A DNA stretch of 53,085 nt from an uncultured Pseudomonadales bacterium (lineage in GTDB: Bacteria > Patescibacteriota > Microgenomatia > UBA1400 > UBA1396), in NCBI GenBank assembly GCA_964511175.1, contig CAZEEI010000004.1:93401-146485 (forward strand), read 5' to 3'. The notes below the pieces were generated by a model. The model saw only the letters and a program-made list of their open reading frames with translations, ran no database searches and was not told where the DNA came from. Every line of letters starts with the position of its first letter. Position 1 is the stretch's first letter. The position numbers were made by a program, and so were the translations under genes. Shown here piece by piece: positions 52,163 to 53,085 of this stretch.

Positions 52163-53085
52163 ATGTCATCTTCCTGCACGGTCATCCCCCGCGATTTGCC
52201 GGCTTTGGCGACTGGCTGGTTTTACGCTGAGTTGTCGGTAACGTCGCTACTGAAACAATGGCGACAACAGTCGACCCAGCAACCGGTAGTTTTACTTGAT
52301 TTCACCAGTTTGCGAGCGCAACGGTTAGCCACTGCCCAACAAAATGTTGCCGCTAACTTGGCGGTTGAACTAGCTCACCACCCGCTAACATATTTAACTT
52401 TACCGATTATTGCTTGGCCGGAAATAACCGTATCGCTTTCCTTACCAAAAGTGGTACTACCGCGGCATACCTTGGCCGCCACTGCCGACTTAGCCAGCCA
52501 TTTCACTTTAGCTTTTGCTGTGGCTTTAGCCTTGCTGTTTGCCGGACCAATTGCTGTCCTCGAAACCCAATCGATCATTAGCCGCGCCACCAGTAATTTT
52601 GACCATTACCAAACTGTTTCTGAACCAAACTTAGTCCCCAGCGTGACGCCCACCCCCACACCTGAACCTACACCTAGTATTACTTCGCCGCGCGATGTTT
52701 TTTCGCTCAGCATTCCGGAACTAGGCATTGAGAGTACGATTACTCCTAACGTCAATCCCGCTCAACCCCAACAGTACCAAAAAGCCCTGCAGGAGGGAAT
52801 TGCCCACGCCGCTGGTTCCGGCCTGCCGGACCAGTTAGACGTTAGTAAGACCATTTATCTTTTTGCTCACTCTACCGACGCGGAGTGGAACATTGCCCGT
52901 TACAATGCGGAGTTCTACGGCCTAAAAGATGCAGCTATTGGTCAAAAAATTACCCTACGATTTTGGGGGCAAGATTACCAATACGAAATTACCGATAAAC
53001 AAATTGTTCCCGCCGACGATACCACTTGGTTGATGCCGCAGTGGGATCAAGAACAGTTGGTACTGCAAACCTGTTATCCACCCGG
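52163..53085 (+). CDS. Sortase family transpeptidase, 3' end beyond the window
   Basis: Absent from the ORF track because no stop is reached. My translation gives ..FTLAFAVALALLFAGPIAVL (TM)..FSLSIPELGIESTI..GIAHAAGSGLP..IYLFAHS..EQLVLQTCYPP (TLxTC-type catalytic Cys). The true start may be internal. Confidence 0.8.
   Translation, partial: MSSSCTVIPRDLPALATGWFYAELSVTSLLKQWRQQSTQQPVVLLDFTSLRAQRLATAQQNVAANLAVELAHHPLTYLTLPIIAWPEITVSLSLPKVVLPRHTLAATADLASHFTLAFAVALALLFAGPIAVLETQSIISRATSNFDHYQTVSEPNLVPSVTPTPTPEPTPSITSPRDVFSLSIPELGIESTITPNVNPAQPQQYQKALQEGIAHAAGSGLPDQLDVSKTIYLFAHSTDAEWNIARYNAEFYGLKDAAIGQKITLRFWGQDYQYEITDKQIVPADDTTWLMPQWDQEQLVLQTCYPP

Overview
This 53 kb window is a gene-dense bacterial chromosomal segment using the standard genetic code (TGA is a normal stop, e.g. 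5093-5095). I support about 60 protein-coding genes, one tRNA-Glu(CUC) and one RNase P RNA. The RNase P RNA is not in the ORF track and is overlapped by a spurious ORF. I saw no rRNA, CRISPR array, transposase or integrase.

Housekeeping content:
- mltG (5' truncated) and a znuABC-type metal uptake operon.
- ychF, a PAS histidine kinase with a single-domain response regulator, and rpsF-ssb-rpsR.
- S41 and HtrA proteases, comM/yifB, uppP, polX, trmD, and rfbA and rfbC at separate loci.
- dedA, an RRM RNA-binding protein, a KamA-type radical SAM enzyme, hpf, S9 and M29 peptidases, and secDF.

The gene content fits a reduced monoderm lineage such as Patescibacteria/CPR (Saccharibacteria-like): LPXTG protein plus sortase, a lamin-tail-domain protein, a compact RNase P RNA, small tightly packed genes, and no rplI after rpsR. 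This placement is inference only.

Features most worth a second look:
1. A recurrent intergenic element built on the palindrome AGTTGTACAACT. It occurs as three cores phased exactly 22 bp apart at 37.9 kb, as an inverted pair at 44.2 kb, and as a copy immediately upstream of polX.
2. An AT-richer accessory block directly downstream of tRNA-Glu (about 24.2-34.5 kb). It contains an NrtR-like regulator heading a Nudix / unknown / unknown / HAD / unknown operon, followed by a cluster of resistance-like genes.
3. An 879-aa secreted M23 peptidase with an L,D-transpeptidase-like motif and a twin-arginine-like leader.
4. A terminal surface locus: a secreted protein, an LPKTG-anchored adhesin with a 65-codon Pro/Thr repeat, and a sortase that runs off the window end.

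All calls rest on reading the sequence and ORF translations by eye. No searches or folding programs were run.
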